The notes: generated by a model not told the origin, from the letters alone. DNA of 64,000 nt from an uncultured Planctomycetaceae bacterium (GCA_963976765.1 CAXBME010000033.1:1-64000); one strand, 5' to 3'. Positions 17,537 through 29,392 are shown, counted from the first letter of the stretch. Numbers and translations: made by a program.

Positions 17537-19041
17537 TCCCGATGTGCCGCTCGCAAATCGTAACACGCCAAGGCGTTTTTCAGGCGGACGTAGATTTTGC
17601 CGTCGGCGATGGCGGGGGTCGCGCATTGAAGGGGGCCGTGTTTGCCGATTTTTGACTGGTAGAGTTTCTCGGCCTGGCCCTGGTTTTCTTTGGCCAGGGC
17701 GTTGATCCCGTGGAGTTCTCGCAAAGCGTCTTCGGTGTTGAGCAGGCCAGCGTCGTCAACTTTGGCGTTGAAGAGTGGGCGGAACTCTTTGGGCGTTGCT
17801 TCGACGCAGAGCACGCCTTCGAGGGCGTAGTAGACTTTCGAATCGGCAGCGACGAGCGACGTGTATTGTGGCTGGCCGAGGTCAAGCGTCGTCATCCATT
17901 CGGCATCGCCTGTTTCGAGGTTCACACAAGCCAGTCGTTTTTCACCCTGGACGTAGACGAAATCTCCCACGACGACCGGGCTGCTGCCTTTGTCCTGGCA
18001 ACCGTTAAAGACCCATTGTTCCTCGGCACCGTCGGTCGACAGTTTGAAACAGCGCATACCTTTCTTCCGACTGTTTGAATAGGTGATGAGGCGGTCTCCC
18101 GAGACGACTGGTGTCGACAGACCGGCTTCAGACTTCACCGACCAGACTTCCCTGCCCGTTGCGGTTTCAACACAAATGGTCGTTCCGCCGCCCGCGTTCA
18201 GGATGACAAAGTTCGCTCCGGCGTGATGCCACAGCACGGGGCTGGTGTGCGTGCCGCTGGTTGTCTTCGGGTCGCCTTCCCAGACAATACTGCCGTCCTC
18301 CAGGCTGACGGCGTAAAGATGCCCGGCCAGGAAGATGGCCAGGTCGTCGACGATCAGAAACGACGACTGCCAGAACTCGTCGCGGAATTCGACCGGCAGT
18401 CGAACTTTCCAGATGCTCTTGCCTGTCAACGCGTCGACGCTGCGGACGTGACCACCGGCTCCGAGAATGTAAAGCCGTCCGTCAACAACGGTCGGAGATC
18501 CAGATTGTGGAAACCTTGTGTAGACCGAGTCGTTTTCGTTCTTCCAGATTTCTTTCCCGTCGACTGCATTCAGGCAGTAGATCGTTTCCCGGAAGACGAA
18601 TGCTTTGGCGATGGCTTCGTCTTCGTCGCGGCGTTTCACTTCGTACTCGGCGTATTCCGCGTCGGACATACCAACTCGTTTGTCCGGTGAAAGCCAGGGA
18701 AACTTCTTCTTCGGCGGATCGGCAATCTGAACCCGCCGATGTGTGAAGAGGTAAACACGCTGCTCAGCCACGTTATCGCCAGGGAAGTTCACAACGACCG
18801 GCGAACCCCAGCCGCCTTCGTTCTTGCCGGAACCGATCGGCTCGCTGATCCAGGTTGCTTTGAGTCCGTCCTCCGGGATCCTGTTGACCAGACTCGGAGA
18901 ATCACTGGCAACTCCGTTGCGGTCATTGCCTCGCCATTGAGTCCAGTCTCCAGCGTTCGCCACGCTCGTCAGCGTGAACGTCAGCGCGATGAGAAATGTG
19001 GAACGGCAAAGCTTGTACTGAAAGTGATTCACGGAAGACAT
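17533..19041 (-). CDS. PQQ-like beta-propeller repeat protein (planctomycete BamB-like family)
   Basis: Signal peptide, DWTQWRG, repeated SSPVV and GKxxW motifs, C-terminal ATPAIADGKIYVR. Confidence 0.9.
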   Translation of the reverse strand: MSSVNHFQYKLCRSTFLIALTFTLTSVANAGDWTQWRGNDRNGVASDSPSLVNRIPEDGLKATWISEPIGSGKNEGGWGSPVVVNFPGDNVAEQRVYLFTHRRVQIADPPKKKFPWLSPDKRVGMSDAEYAEYEVKRRDEDEAIAKAFVFRETIYCLNAVDGKEIWKNENDSVYTRFPQSGSPTVVDGRLYILGAGGHVRSVDALTGKSIWKVRLPVEFRDEFWQSSFLIVDDLAIFLAGHLYAVSLEDGSIVWEGDPKTTSGTHTSPVLWHHAGANFVILNAGGGTTICVETATGREVWSVKSEAGLSTPVVSGDRLITYSNSRKKGMRCFKLSTDGAEEQWVFNGCQDKGSSPVVVGDFVYVQGEKRLACVNLETGDAEWMTTLDLGQPQYTSLVAADSKVYYALEGVLCVEATPKEFRPLFNAKVDDAGLLNTEDALRELHGINALAKENQGQAEKLYQSKIGKHGPLQCATPAIADGKIYVRLKNALACYDLRAAHRD

Positions 19042-19182
19042 CTCCAGTTTTATCAGACAGACGAGGTAACGACGAGTTGTCGAAACGGTACCTGGTCTGG
19101 TCGACCAGCATCAGATTTGACTATACCAAAGACGTGGCATGCAGAAACCCGACAGGGCAAAGCAGGGAAAGTTTGAGGCTTG

Positions 19183-20103
19183 ATGAAGACTCCAAATCGA
19201 TCACCTATAACTGAGGTGGACTCTCGTCGAGAACCTGTCCGTCAATTATCAAGCCGCCGAAAGTTTCTCAAAGGAAGTATTTTCGGTGGCATTGCGGCCT
19301 GCACCGCGACAGGGGCTTGGGCATTTCTTGGAGCACCGCACAATGTTGAAGTCGTTCGTGTGCCGATGCCGCTTCGCGATCTTCCTGAGTCACTCATCGG
19401 AAAGACGATCGTGCAGATCAGTGATCTGCATGTTGGGCCGATCGTCAGTCGCGATTACCTGCGGAGCTGCCTGGAGTTGGTGTCGTCGTTTGAGCCGGAC
19501 GTTATAGCCATCACCGGCGACTTTGTTTCGTATGACGGCCCTGCTCGGATTGACGAAGCTGTTGCATTGCTTGCGGATATGCAGCCGGGAAAGCTGGCGA
19601 CCGTCGCGATTACCGGGAATCATGACTTCGGGTCTTCGCGGGGCGGGTTTGCGAATCGACAGGTGGCTGATTCGTTGACAGAACAGCTCGACGAAATCGG
19701 CATCCAGATGCTCAGAAACACTGCCGTCGAGTTTGAAGGTCTACGACTGCTGGGCGTTGACGACTTCTGGGGACCGACTCACAAGTTGGACGAGACATTG
19801 TCGTCAGGCAACGCCGATCAACCGTCGGTCATGCTTTGTCACAACCCTGACTTCGTCGATCAGCCGGGCTGGGAAAAATATCGAGGATGGATTCTGTCCG
19901 GCCACACGCATGGTGGGCAAGTTAGATTGCCGTTCTGCAAACCACCGATTCTGCCGATTCGCAACCGTGATTACATCGCCGGGCAGGTCGAATTACCGGG
20001 CAACCGGACGCTCTACGTGAATCGCGGACTCGGGTATCTTCGAAAAGTCAGACTCAACGTTCGACCGGAAATTACGGTCTTTGAACTCTCACGAGCGGCG
20101 TGA
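19183..20103 (+). CDS. Tat-exported calcineurin-like metallophosphoesterase
   Basis: SRRKFLK twin-arginine motif, then SDLH, TGDFV, GNHD, HNPD and GHTHGGQ. Confidence 0.93.
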   Translation: MKTPNRSPITEVDSRREPVRQLSSRRKFLKGSIFGGIAACTATGAWAFLGAPHNVEVVRVPMPLRDLPESLIGKTIVQISDLHVGPIVSRDYLRSCLELVSSFEPDVIAITGDFVSYDGPARIDEAVALLADMQPGKLATVAITGNHDFGSSRGGFANRQVADSLTEQLDEIGIQMLRNTAVEFEGLRLLGVDDFWGPTHKLDETLSSGNADQPSVMLCHNPDFVDQPGWEKYRGWILSGHTHGGQVRLPFCKPPILPIRNRDYIAGQVELPGNRTLYVNRGLGYLRKVRLNVRPEITVFELSRAA

Positions 20104-20188
20104 TTTTTTGACCTGAGAATGCGAATGCTCAAGAGGCAAGCTTCTACAGGCAAGAAGCAAGCGGGGCCGTCGGAAAATCCACTCGCGA

Positions 20189-20374
20189 TCACACGGCGGA
20201 GCCGCGCAGCTTTTCGAGTTCTTCGGTCAGTTCATTGAGACGTTTCTGCTGATCTTCGCAGACCATGCACAACTCGGCCACGATGTCCGCAAGTTGTTTG
20301 ACGTCCTGATTTTTGACCATCAGGTTCACGGCGTTTTGTCGCAAGCGTTGAATGACGGATGACGATGTAGCCAC
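20189..20374 (-). CDS. Small coiled-coil hypothetical protein (61 aa)
   Basis: GTG start with AGGAGA RBS, amphipathic heptad pattern, intergenic position. Confidence 0.65.
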   Translation of the reverse strand: MATSSSVIQRLRQNAVNLMVKNQDVKQLADIVAELCMVCEDQQKRLNELTEELEKLRGSAV

Positions 20375-20880
20375 TGATCTTTCTCCTGAGAATCTGAGCG
20401 TCTTTACTGAGTTGTTAAACGGAAATTGGGAATCAAAGGCGGGAAAGTCTGAGGCAGGACGCTGGACGATAGCGAGGAAGTGATGCCATGTCGCGTCAGC
20501 TGAATTTGTCGCTCTGTGGGAATCCAGAAATTCATGACATGACGAGGCAGATTATTCTCGAATGGTGGCAACACGAAAGCAGAAAAAGTCAGCGGCACCG
20601 AGAATCCAGGGCGACTGCCGGCTTCCGTCAGGGCGAAATCCGCCAGTAACGGTCTTAGAGATCCGGTTCCGATTTGCCCCTCGCGTCTCATAACCAGCGA
20701 ACTTCCAGACGTTGAGCCAGGCCGACCTTTTGCGTGCTGATGAAAACAGCCACTGAGAAGCTGACCATTGCCCGGAGCCGTGGTTTGACTTCGTCAGGAG
20801 ACGAACGTGTTTCGAAATTGTCGGTTGCAGAACAATCAGGCAGCCGGCATCCTCAGTGCGAGTACGATTTTACCGTCATC

Positions 20881-23823
20881 ATGCCACCACGTTTTCGGGT
20901 TCGCATCATTCAATCGCCAGTTCAAAGACGATCATTGCTTCTTGTGGTCTGCATCGTGGCTGTCGTCGCCATTGTTGTGTTGTGGTGGTTTCCAAACGGC
21001 GACGCACAGATTGACGACGCGCTGGCAACGGCAAGAGCGGCATTGAAAATGCACGACTGGGACGCCGCTGAAGCCGCCGCCCAGCAGGTGATTGAAGCCG
21101 CGGGTGTTCATGCAGAGGCGGCGTTGATCCTTGGAGAAGTCGCAACTCGGCAACAGGAGCTCAATAAGGCGCTGGCGTGGTACCAGCAGGTTTCAAAAGA
21201 CAAGCCTGAATTTGCGATTCCAGCCGTGTACGCGTCCGGCGAAATTCTGAGAACGACCGGGCACCTTTCGCTTGCCGAGCAACACTACAGGGAGACGCTC
21301 CGTCTAGCCTCGGGCCATGCTCTCTCCCACCAGAGAATGGTTTTGATCCTGAGGCTTACCGGTCGCCCGTTCGAAGCGTTGAGTCACCAGCATTTTCTGA
21401 TCGAAGCCGGCCAGGCGGCCCCACAGATTCTCCTGTCGCTGCTTGACCTTACTCGAGTTGATTCAGCGGTCGACTATCTTGAATTCTGCAGAAACACGGC
21501 CCCCGAAGACCCGTTACCGCTATTCGGGCTGGCGGCCATTGCCAACGGACAAGGCCGCCCTGATGAAGCCACAAGGCTTTGGCAGCAGGGCCTGGCGATC
21601 AGCCCCAAAGCCGCAGAACCCATCGTCTCTTTGGCGTCGCTTCTCCTTCAGCACAGCAGCGATCACTCGTCGTACGCGGAATTACAAAAACTTCTGTCAG
21701 AAGCTCCAGCACAATGCCTGAAGATACCTGCGTTCTGGTCGCTGCTTGCCGAGGTCGCCACTCAACAACAGCGGACCGATGAGGCGGACCGTTTCCTGGC
21801 GGAAGCAATTCGACTCAATCCAGATTTTAAACCGGCGATCTATCGGTTAGGGGCAAACCTGATCACATCCGCCCCTGATGCCGGGAATGCGTTGCTGCAC
21901 CGCGCCGAACTGTTGGAACAGCTTGAAGCCCTCGCCTCACTAATGACCGACGAGGTCGCTCGACCGAAAGCGATTCCCGAAGTAATCAGTACGTTGAGCA
22001 TTCTCAAGAGGGTGCCCGAGGTGAAAGCGTGGATTCAGGTGGCGGATGCAGCCGGGCTTCGCATCGGTCCCATCGAGTCCTCAAACACGCTCGACCAGGC
22101 TGCCGCAAACTGGCAGGCGGCGATTGCAAAGTTTGACCGAGCATCGGATGAGAATTTCAGACGTGAAAGCTGGTGGGAAACTCGCGGTGATCGCACCGTT
22201 AGTCCTCAGGACAGGTTTCACTTTATCGATGAGACAGCATTGGCTGGTGTCGACTTTCAATATTTCGAAAGCCCCGATCCCAACACCGAAGGGCGACGAA
22301 TGTTCGAATTTACCGGAGGCGGAGTCGCAATTCTCGACTTCGACCTGGACGGCGCCCCTGACATTTACTTCACGCAGGGAACAAACTGGCCCGTCGGCAG
22401 CAGTGATAGCTGGTCCGACCAGTTGTTTCGCAACGTTGATCATGCCCGCTTCGTCAACGCGACAACCAGTGCAAAGGTTCTGGAGCTGGGGTTCAGTCAG
22501 GGCGTGGCAGCTGGAGACTTTGACAGCGATGGTTTTCCGGATCTTTACGTCGCTAACTTTGGCCGGAATCGATTGTTTAAGAACAACGGAGACGGCACGT
22601 TCTCGGAATCAACTTCCTCAGCCTTGTCTCTCGAACCAGCCTGGACAACGAGTTGCCTGATCGCCGATTTGAACTCGGACGGAATCGCCGACCTGTACGA
22701 CGTCAACTACGTCGAAGGCTCTTTAGCAACAAGCCAAATCTGCAACACGGCTGCCGGACCACGAGTCTGTACCCCACAAGCATTTGACCCGGCCAGAGAT
22801 TGCCTGCTGCTCGGCACGGGCGACGGAAACTTCACTCGCGCCGAGGATGCCGCTGGTCTCAATGCAATTACCGGAAAAGGACTCGGACTTATTGCAGCTA
22901 ACTTTGACAATGATCCTCAACTCGAACTGTTCATCGCGAATGATTCGATGCGAAACAATCTGCTGGATCAGGATTCAGCGACGCGTGATGAACTGCACTA
23001 TTCTGATGTAGCTCTGTCGGCCGGGCTGGCTTTCAGTGCGGACGGCAAATCGCAAGCCTGCATGGGAATCGCGGCTGCTGATCTGATCGGCAATGGTAAA
23101 CCAGATCTTTTTGTGACGAACTTCTATAACGAATCGAATGCTCTCTACCAGAACCGAGGCGAACTCTCGTTCTACGACGCTGCGGCGGAGTCGGGGATTC
23201 AGGCACCAAGCATTCGAATGCTCGGGTTCGGCACCCAGGCCTTCGACGCCGATCTGGACGGAGACATGGACATCGTCGTCGTCAACGGCGACATCGACGA
23301 TTTCGAAGCAATTGGTCGTCCTTTCAGAATGCGCCCGCAACTTTTCGTGAACGACGGGACGGGGCGATTCCAGGAAACGACGTCTCGTAACGGCAACGAC
23401 TTTTTCTTCAGTAAATCTGCTCGCTGTGGCCGTTCGCTGGCGAAGCTGGATTGGAACGGCGACGGGAAAATGGATTTTGTCGTGAGCAACCTCGGCGAGC
23501 CGGCAGCGCTGATCACGAATCGCTCGGAATCAGAAGCAAACGGGGTAACAGTCAAACTTGTCGCGACAGGATCTCATCGCGACGCCATTGGAACCGTGGT
23601 CTCGCTGCAACTTTCCGACAGAGAACGGTTCTATCAATTGTCCGCCGGCGACGGCTACCAGGCATCAAACCAGCGAATTCTAGTGTTGACGACACACCAG
23701 GCCGAACACGACGTCGAGCTCCGGGTTGCCTGGCCAGACGGCTCAACATCCGAAATGACCATTCCAGAAACAGACAGGCGTTGCGTCGTTGTACAGGGGC
23801 TGAAACCAGCTCCGCTTCCGTGA
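20881..23823 (+). CDS. TPR + FG-GAP/CRTAC1 (ASPIC/UnbV) protein
   Basis: N-terminal TM helix, TPRs, repeated DxDxDGxxD loops, C-terminal DAIGTVV...GDGYQAS...VAWPDG. Start uncertain. Confidence 0.9.
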   Translation: MPPRFRVRIIQSPVQRRSLLLVVCIVAVVAIVVLWWFPNGDAQIDDALATARAALKMHDWDAAEAAAQQVIEAAGVHAEAALILGEVATRQQELNKALAWYQQVSKDKPEFAIPAVYASGEILRTTGHLSLAEQHYRETLRLASGHALSHQRMVLILRLTGRPFEALSHQHFLIEAGQAAPQILLSLLDLTRVDSAVDYLEFCRNTAPEDPLPLFGLAAIANGQGRPDEATRLWQQGLAISPKAAEPIVSLASLLLQHSSDHSSYAELQKLLSEAPAQCLKIPAFWSLLAEVATQQQRTDEADRFLAEAIRLNPDFKPAIYRLGANLITSAPDAGNALLHRAELLEQLEALASLMTDEVARPKAIPEVISTLSILKRVPEVKAWIQVADAAGLRIGPIESSNTLDQAAANWQAAIAKFDRASDENFRRESWWETRGDRTVSPQDRFHFIDETALAGVDFQYFESPDPNTEGRRMFEFTGGGVAILDFDLDGAPDIYFTQGTNWPVGSSDSWSDQLFRNVDHARFVNATTSAKVLELGFSQGVAAGDFDSDGFPDLYVANFGRNRLFKNNGDGTFSESTSSALSLEPAWTTSCLIADLNSDGIADLYDVNYVEGSLATSQICNTAAGPRVCTPQAFDPARDCLLLGTGDGNFTRAEDAAGLNAITGKGLGLIAANFDNDPQLELFIANDSMRNNLLDQDSATRDELHYSDVALSAGLAFSADGKSQACMGIAAADLIGNGKPDLFVTNFYNESNALYQNRGELSFYDAAAESGIQAPSIRMLGFGTQAFDADLDGDMDIVVVNGDIDDFEAIGRPFRMRPQLFVNDGTGRFQETTSRNGNDFFFSKSARCGRSLAKLDWNGDGKMDFVVSNLGEPAALITNRSESEANGVTVKLVATGSHRDAIGTVVSLQLSDRERFYQLSAGDGYQASNQRILVLTTHQAEHDVELRVAWPDGSTSEMTIPETDRRCVVVQGLKPAPLP

Positions 23824-23871
23824 GTTCTGATATTCAAAAGCGAGAAACAGACGCGACTCGCGAGCATGCAT

Positions 23872-23920
23872 CAAAACAAAAAGCATTCAGCGGGCGATGC
23901 GAAGTCGCTCACTGAATGCT
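23872..23920 (-). terminator. Terminator hairpin between convergent genes
   Basis: AGCATTCAG-CGGGCGA...TCGCTCA-CTGAATGCT with a T-rich tail on the minus strand. Confidence 0.7.
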
Positions 23921-23943
23921 CTGGTGGGTCGTGGTATGTCCGT

Positions 23944-24420
23944 TTAGCTGCCGAGATCGAACTTCAGGCCTTCGATGGGTTCAGTACCGACGGTCGCCGT
24001 GAGATTTGAGCTTTCACGTTTTGAAAAAGCTACCGGTAGCAGGTTCTTAGCTTCAGTTTCCTCCTGCTCCCGAGTCGGTGCACCGTTGTAGGCAGGATCA
24101 TCCTCCGAGACGACTTCGACAGATGACTCCGGTTGCTCCAGTTTTGAAACCAGCACGATGTAGTCCCCAGGAAGTGCGCCGTCGGCCTTCTCGAAGGTGC
24201 CCATCACAAAATTTCCGTTGCTGTCTGTGATTCCGGTGGCCCCGCGACCTTCACCCGCAGGTGAGAAAACAACGAGGGCATCGGTAACCGGCACGCCTGC
24301 GAATGTGACTGTGCCGGAAACTGAAGTCCGGTCCGGTCGTTCAACTCCTCCGCCTCCACACCCGACGACGAGGCTCAACGCTGCGACATACATCAGACAA
24401 TTACGAATCGAGGTCTGCAT
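23944..24420 (-). CDS. Lipoprotein, carboxypeptidase-regulatory-like domain (typical DUF1559 partner)
   Basis: Lipobox VVGC, then VSGTVTFAG, GITDSNGNF and GALPGDYIV. AAGGGGA RBS. Confidence 0.88.
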   Translation of the reverse strand: MQTSIRNCLMYVAALSLVVGCGGGGVERPDRTSVSGTVTFAGVPVTDALVVFSPAGEGRGATGITDSNGNFVMGTFEKADGALPGDYIVLVSKLEQPESSVEVVSEDDPAYNGAPTREQEETEAKNLLPVAFSKRESSNLTATVGTEPIEGLKFDLGS

Positions 24421-24883
24421 TGTGTCCCCTTGAAAATATGCCAACAAAAAAACAGTTTCGTCCAAGAATGAACACTGCTCGAAATATTAAGATAAAGCTC
24501 GTGCCCGTCCTTAGCCCAACGACAAGTCGCGAATTCTAGCCGCAGATGCCGGCATTCCCAGCGTTTGTGCTCTCGTTTTGACGGCATTTTATGACAATCC
24601 GGCTTGGAATCAGCCAAAACTGTCTGTTACCCTGCCTACACTTTGTGCAGCCGGCGTTGCGTCTTAGTTCGATACCAGAAGTGAATTTGTTCTGGTCAAG
24701 CTTGTTCTTATTGCGAAATTCTGGCCAAAGAAACATCTCCTGATCCCGGACAATCAGTCTTTGCCTGATGCCTGAGGGAAGTCGAGTTGTCTGCTTTGAG
24801 CTTGAGAATTTTATTTCGCGACGCCTCTGCGAAAGCCGACAACGGTTTTCTGTTCATCTACTTTTTTCAGATTGAGGTGCGAA

Positions 24884-25963
<1,080 letters not shown>

Positions 25964-26023
25964 GACGGCGTTATGGTAGCGATCTTTTAAACGCAACGGG
26001 CTAAACGATCGCGTGAACACAAG

Positions 26024-26059
26024 AGCCAGACTCGGTGACTGCCGAGTCTGGCTTTTTTT
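26024..26059 (+). terminator. Intrinsic terminator
   Basis: Perfect 12-bp stem AGCCAGACTCGG/CCGAGTCTGGCT plus a T-run. Confidence 0.9.
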
Positions 26060-26430
26060 CTGTCGTCAACTTCTCCACAGGTGGTATCTGCGAAACTGGA
26101 ACAACGAATGCAATCCGGACGACCGGCCCGGTTGTTTCGAAACGCAACCCGAACACCAACAGTGCCGAAAGCTTAAGTGATGGCACTTTCGACCTGACTC
26201 GCCTGTCAATCCGGTCCGAAGTTGTCAGTTACAGGGATCAGTGACAGTGGGCATTCTGAAGTTCACCCGAAAGTTCTTGACGATGGTTTGTCTCAGGATG
26301 ATTCTGATGCACACTGTAGGGACGGGAAAGAAGCCGTTCCGCGCGCCGTAGGTTTCGGAGTGGTCGCAGGTTTGGATTTATCGACCTGAAAACAGTGCAA
26401 GCTGTTGAAAGATGGTGACGTTGACGTTTT

Positions 26431-26497
26431 CTGGCTTTGCCAGTGCTGATTTCACAGAGCCGTCAGTTTTAGTTCACACTGGCAGAACCAGTGGCAC
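26431..26497. repeat. Inverted pair of REP-like palindromes
   Basis: CTGGCTTTGCCAGTG (26431-26445) and CACTGGCAGAACCAGTGGCAC (26477-26497) are near reverse complements, and each is a mini-hairpin. Confidence 0.55.
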
Positions 26498-26611
26498 ACT
26501 ATTCAGCAGGTTGTGCCGCCTTAACGAGATTACCAGTTCCACGATTCAGGCTTCAGCTTAAGTAATGCAGCCAACGCTGCAGGCAGAGCAAGCCGACCTA
26601 GGAGACGAGTT

Positions 26612-28639
26612 ATGCAGGTCCGATCGCACCAGCCTCGAATTACCGCGATTCGACGCGGATCGACAGACGCGACCATCATCGCCGTAGTGGCTTGTCTCGC
26701 GCTCGCTGCGGCTGGCGGATTCTTTTACCAAAGGACGACGGCTGCAGATGCTGAGTCGAGTCTTGCAACGACAGGTGCTGACAAAGCCTTAGCCGACAGT
26801 GTTCATCGAGTCGCCCCGGTCGACTCGACTGAGGCATTCAAAGATTCTGCTGGTTATGACCAACCAGAAACTGCTGGCAACAGAGAAAATGCCAGCAAGG
26901 TCATCTCAAGAACGGACTATGACCTTGATCCGACTACCTCGCTTGCCCTGTTGGATGAAAGACTGACTGACCAGACAGCTCCCGCCGGATCGGTCACTTC
27001 CTTAGAAGATCAGATCCTGGCTCATCTCGAATTCGGTGAGTTCACACGGGCGGTCGAAATCGCCAAAGAAGCAACGGACGTTCAAGAGCGGTCACAACTG
27101 CTGGGAATCGTCGCCGACGCTCAGATGAAGATTGGCGACTTTCACGCCGCTCTGGGGTCGATTCGGTCGATGCCGGATTACAACGAACGGCTGATTGCTC
27201 GGGACAAGCATCTCGACGAGCAGGCTCTGGCTGGCGGTAGTCAGGCAGACTTCACTCAGCTGATCGAGCTGATCATGAGCGAAACTGACGGGATGTGGGA
27301 AGAAGTCGACGGCACGGGGGGGACGATCTCGCAGTTCGACCAGGGGGTTCGAGTTGAGCCCAGCGGCGTGTTGCGGACTCAGACCGCTGAAGAACAATCC
27401 GGTCGGTTGAAAGACCTCGGCATTCAGGTTCGAGAAGCGTTGCTGAACAACGAAATCGCTCAGGTCAGTGGCCTGCGGGTTATCTCGCTGCCTCGCCTGG
27501 AAGCTGCCGTCGCTCGACGACTGGAGCAGGGACATGAGCCAACAATTTCAATGAAGCTGCTTGGCGGCCTGACCTCGATCAAGCACGTCTTCGTTTACCC
27601 GGAAGATCAGGAAATCGTAATCGCCGGACCGGCTGAAGGCTGGAAGTACAACGACGACGGGCTGCCAGTCGGCGTTGAAAGTGGCAAACCCATCATGCAG
27701 CTCGACGACCTGGTGACCGTCATTCGAGCATTTTCGGCAACAAAGCAGAAGTTCTTCTCCTGCTCGATTAATCCGCGTGAAGAGGGGTTGAAAAATCTTA
27801 AAGGCTTCGTCGAGCAGACCAGCTCACGACCGCTGCGTCCCGGTGCCGGCGTTCGAAACTGGGTCAGCCAGCTTCAGCAGCAGCTTGGGCGGCAGGACAT
27901 CGTTTACTCGGGAATCAATCCTGAATCGCGAGTCGCTCGCACGATCGTCGAAGCTGACTACCGGATGAAACTCATCGGAATCGGCAAGTACGACTTCGCA
28001 GGCAGCTCAACAATTCCAAGTATCTTCGATCTGATGACTGCCGAAGAGCAGAAGGCGTCAAAGCTGGACGCTCTGCGATGGTGGCTGACGATGAAGTACG
28101 ACGCGGTTCTGCACACCCCTGACCGCAGCGGGTTTGAGTTTGTGGGCTCATCGGTGCTTTGTCAGTCGGAGAATCAGTTCCTGAACGCTCAGGGGCAGCA
28201 GGTGCAGACCGGACAGTCTGAGGGCTCGAATCTGGTTTTTGCTCAAACATTTACGGCAAAGTACGAGGAACTGGCGAAGCAGGACATCGTTTTTGCCGAT
28301 CTGAAGAATGTCTTCGACCTTTCGCTCGTCGCGGCGATTCTGCAACACGAGGGAGCGGCTCGAAACGTCGGCTGGGATTTGGGAGTCTTTTCGAACGATG
28401 GCTCGTACATCCCGACTCGGCACGATGCTCCGACGGAGGTCGACTCAGTCGTCAACCATCGAGTCTTCCGAGGTCGCGATATCGTTGTCCAGGTGGCTGG
28501 CGGTGTCCGAGCTGACCTTGGCAGCGTGATCGCCGACGCCAGCATCTACCGTGAAGGCGTTCGTCTGGATGGGACAGTCGAGAAGGCTCGAACAAAGGAT
28601 AGCCTGCCTGCCAGCCGCTGGTGGTGGGATGCTCGCTGA
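26612..28639 (+). CDS. DUF1598-like planctomycete protein
   Basis: AGGAG RBS, N-terminal TM helix, motifs LRVISLPRLE, IVIAGPAEGW, CSINP, EADYRMKLIGIG and RWWWD. Confidence 0.85.
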   Translation: MQVRSHQPRITAIRRGSTDATIIAVVACLALAAAGGFFYQRTTAADAESSLATTGADKALADSVHRVAPVDSTEAFKDSAGYDQPETAGNRENASKVISRTDYDLDPTTSLALLDERLTDQTAPAGSVTSLEDQILAHLEFGEFTRAVEIAKEATDVQERSQLLGIVADAQMKIGDFHAALGSIRSMPDYNERLIARDKHLDEQALAGGSQADFTQLIELIMSETDGMWEEVDGTGGTISQFDQGVRVEPSGVLRTQTAEEQSGRLKDLGIQVREALLNNEIAQVSGLRVISLPRLEAAVARRLEQGHEPTISMKLLGGLTSIKHVFVYPEDQEIVIAGPAEGWKYNDDGLPVGVESGKPIMQLDDLVTVIRAFSATKQKFFSCSINPREEGLKNLKGFVEQTSSRPLRPGAGVRNWVSQLQQQLGRQDIVYSGINPESRVARTIVEADYRMKLIGIGKYDFAGSSTIPSIFDLMTAEEQKASKLDALRWWLTMKYDAVLHTPDRSGFEFVGSSVLCQSENQFLNAQGQQVQTGQSEGSNLVFAQTFTAKYEELAKQDIVFADLKNVFDLSLVAAILQHEGAARNVGWDLGVFSNDGSYIPTRHDAPTEVDSVVNHRVFRGRDIVVQVAGGVRADLGSVIADASIYREGVRLDGTVEKARTKDSLPASRWWWDAR

Positions 28640-28688
28640 TTTCGAGGCCGGGCGAGTTTCGGCCACGAATCGCGAAAAAACTGAATTC

Positions 28689-28724
28689 AAGAGGGGCAGA
28701 CCATCGATGGTCGCCCCTCTTTTC
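28689..28724 (+). terminator. Intrinsic terminator
   Basis: AAGAGGGGC-A-GACCAT/ATGGTC-GCCCCTCTT followed by TTT. Confidence 0.75.
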
Positions 28725-28988
28725 TCATTTGCCGTCGCTTATGCGTCAGTGAGTGCGTGAGAACACGATTTTGGCAGAAAATTGTGGCAGAAAAAGGACG
28801 TTTCAACCGGTAAATTGCCAGTCTGGATGCCACTCGACCGGTTGCGTGAGAACCAGGAAGTCCGTATTCTGCTGGCCTTGCTGAAACTGTCCCGGACGTA
28901 TTTGCGCCGGTTTCCAACAACCTCTCAGTGAAAAACGGGAGAGGCGATCAATCATGAGTAAGCTCAGTTAGTAAAGAAAAAGGGGCGT

Positions 28989-29180
28989 TTGGTGGTCAAG
29001 TTGCGACTTCGAGACGGGGAGAAAATCCAGGACGCGGTCAAACGATTTCGGAAGCTCGTCGAGCACGCTGGAATCAAGAAGGAAATGCGTCGTCGCGAAT
29101 ACTACGAAAAGCCGAGCGATACCGATCGCCGAAATCGCCGTCGTGCAGAACGCCGTGCACGACTCGCCAAAGCGACTTAG
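28989..29180 (+). CDS. rpsU: 30S ribosomal protein bS21
   Basis: KRFRK...[16 protein letters not shown] signature. Confidence 0.95.
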   Translation: MVVKLRLRDGEKIQDAVKRFRKLVEHAGIKKEMRRREYYEKPSDTDRRNRRRAERRARLAKAT

Positions 29181-29350
29181 TAACGTTGCTGGACGGAATT
29201 AGCCCGGACCGACGAAAGGCCAGATCGCTAACGATTCTGGTCGTTCCTTGTCAGCCCGGAAGAACTGGCCGTTCGAAATTACTGGCCAACTCGGGCAGTT
29301 GACGTTGTCCTCGAATGTTGATTTGCAATTTTGATCGAGCAGAATCACTG

Positions 29351-29384
29351 GCACCCTCATTCGCCGAGGGTGCTTTTTCTTTTT
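29351..29384 (+). terminator. Intrinsic terminator immediately upstream of the DAHP synthase gene
   Basis: GCACCCTC/GAGGGTGC stem then TTTTTCTTTTT, ending 8 nt before the ATG. Confidence 0.75.
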
Positions 29385-29392
29385 GGTGAGCC

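Noticed and set aside
26492..26508. TGGCAC...GC as a sigma54 promoter for the DUF1598 gene
   Set aside because: Spacing is GG-N11-GC, not N10, and the TGGCAC belongs to the REP-like palindrome.
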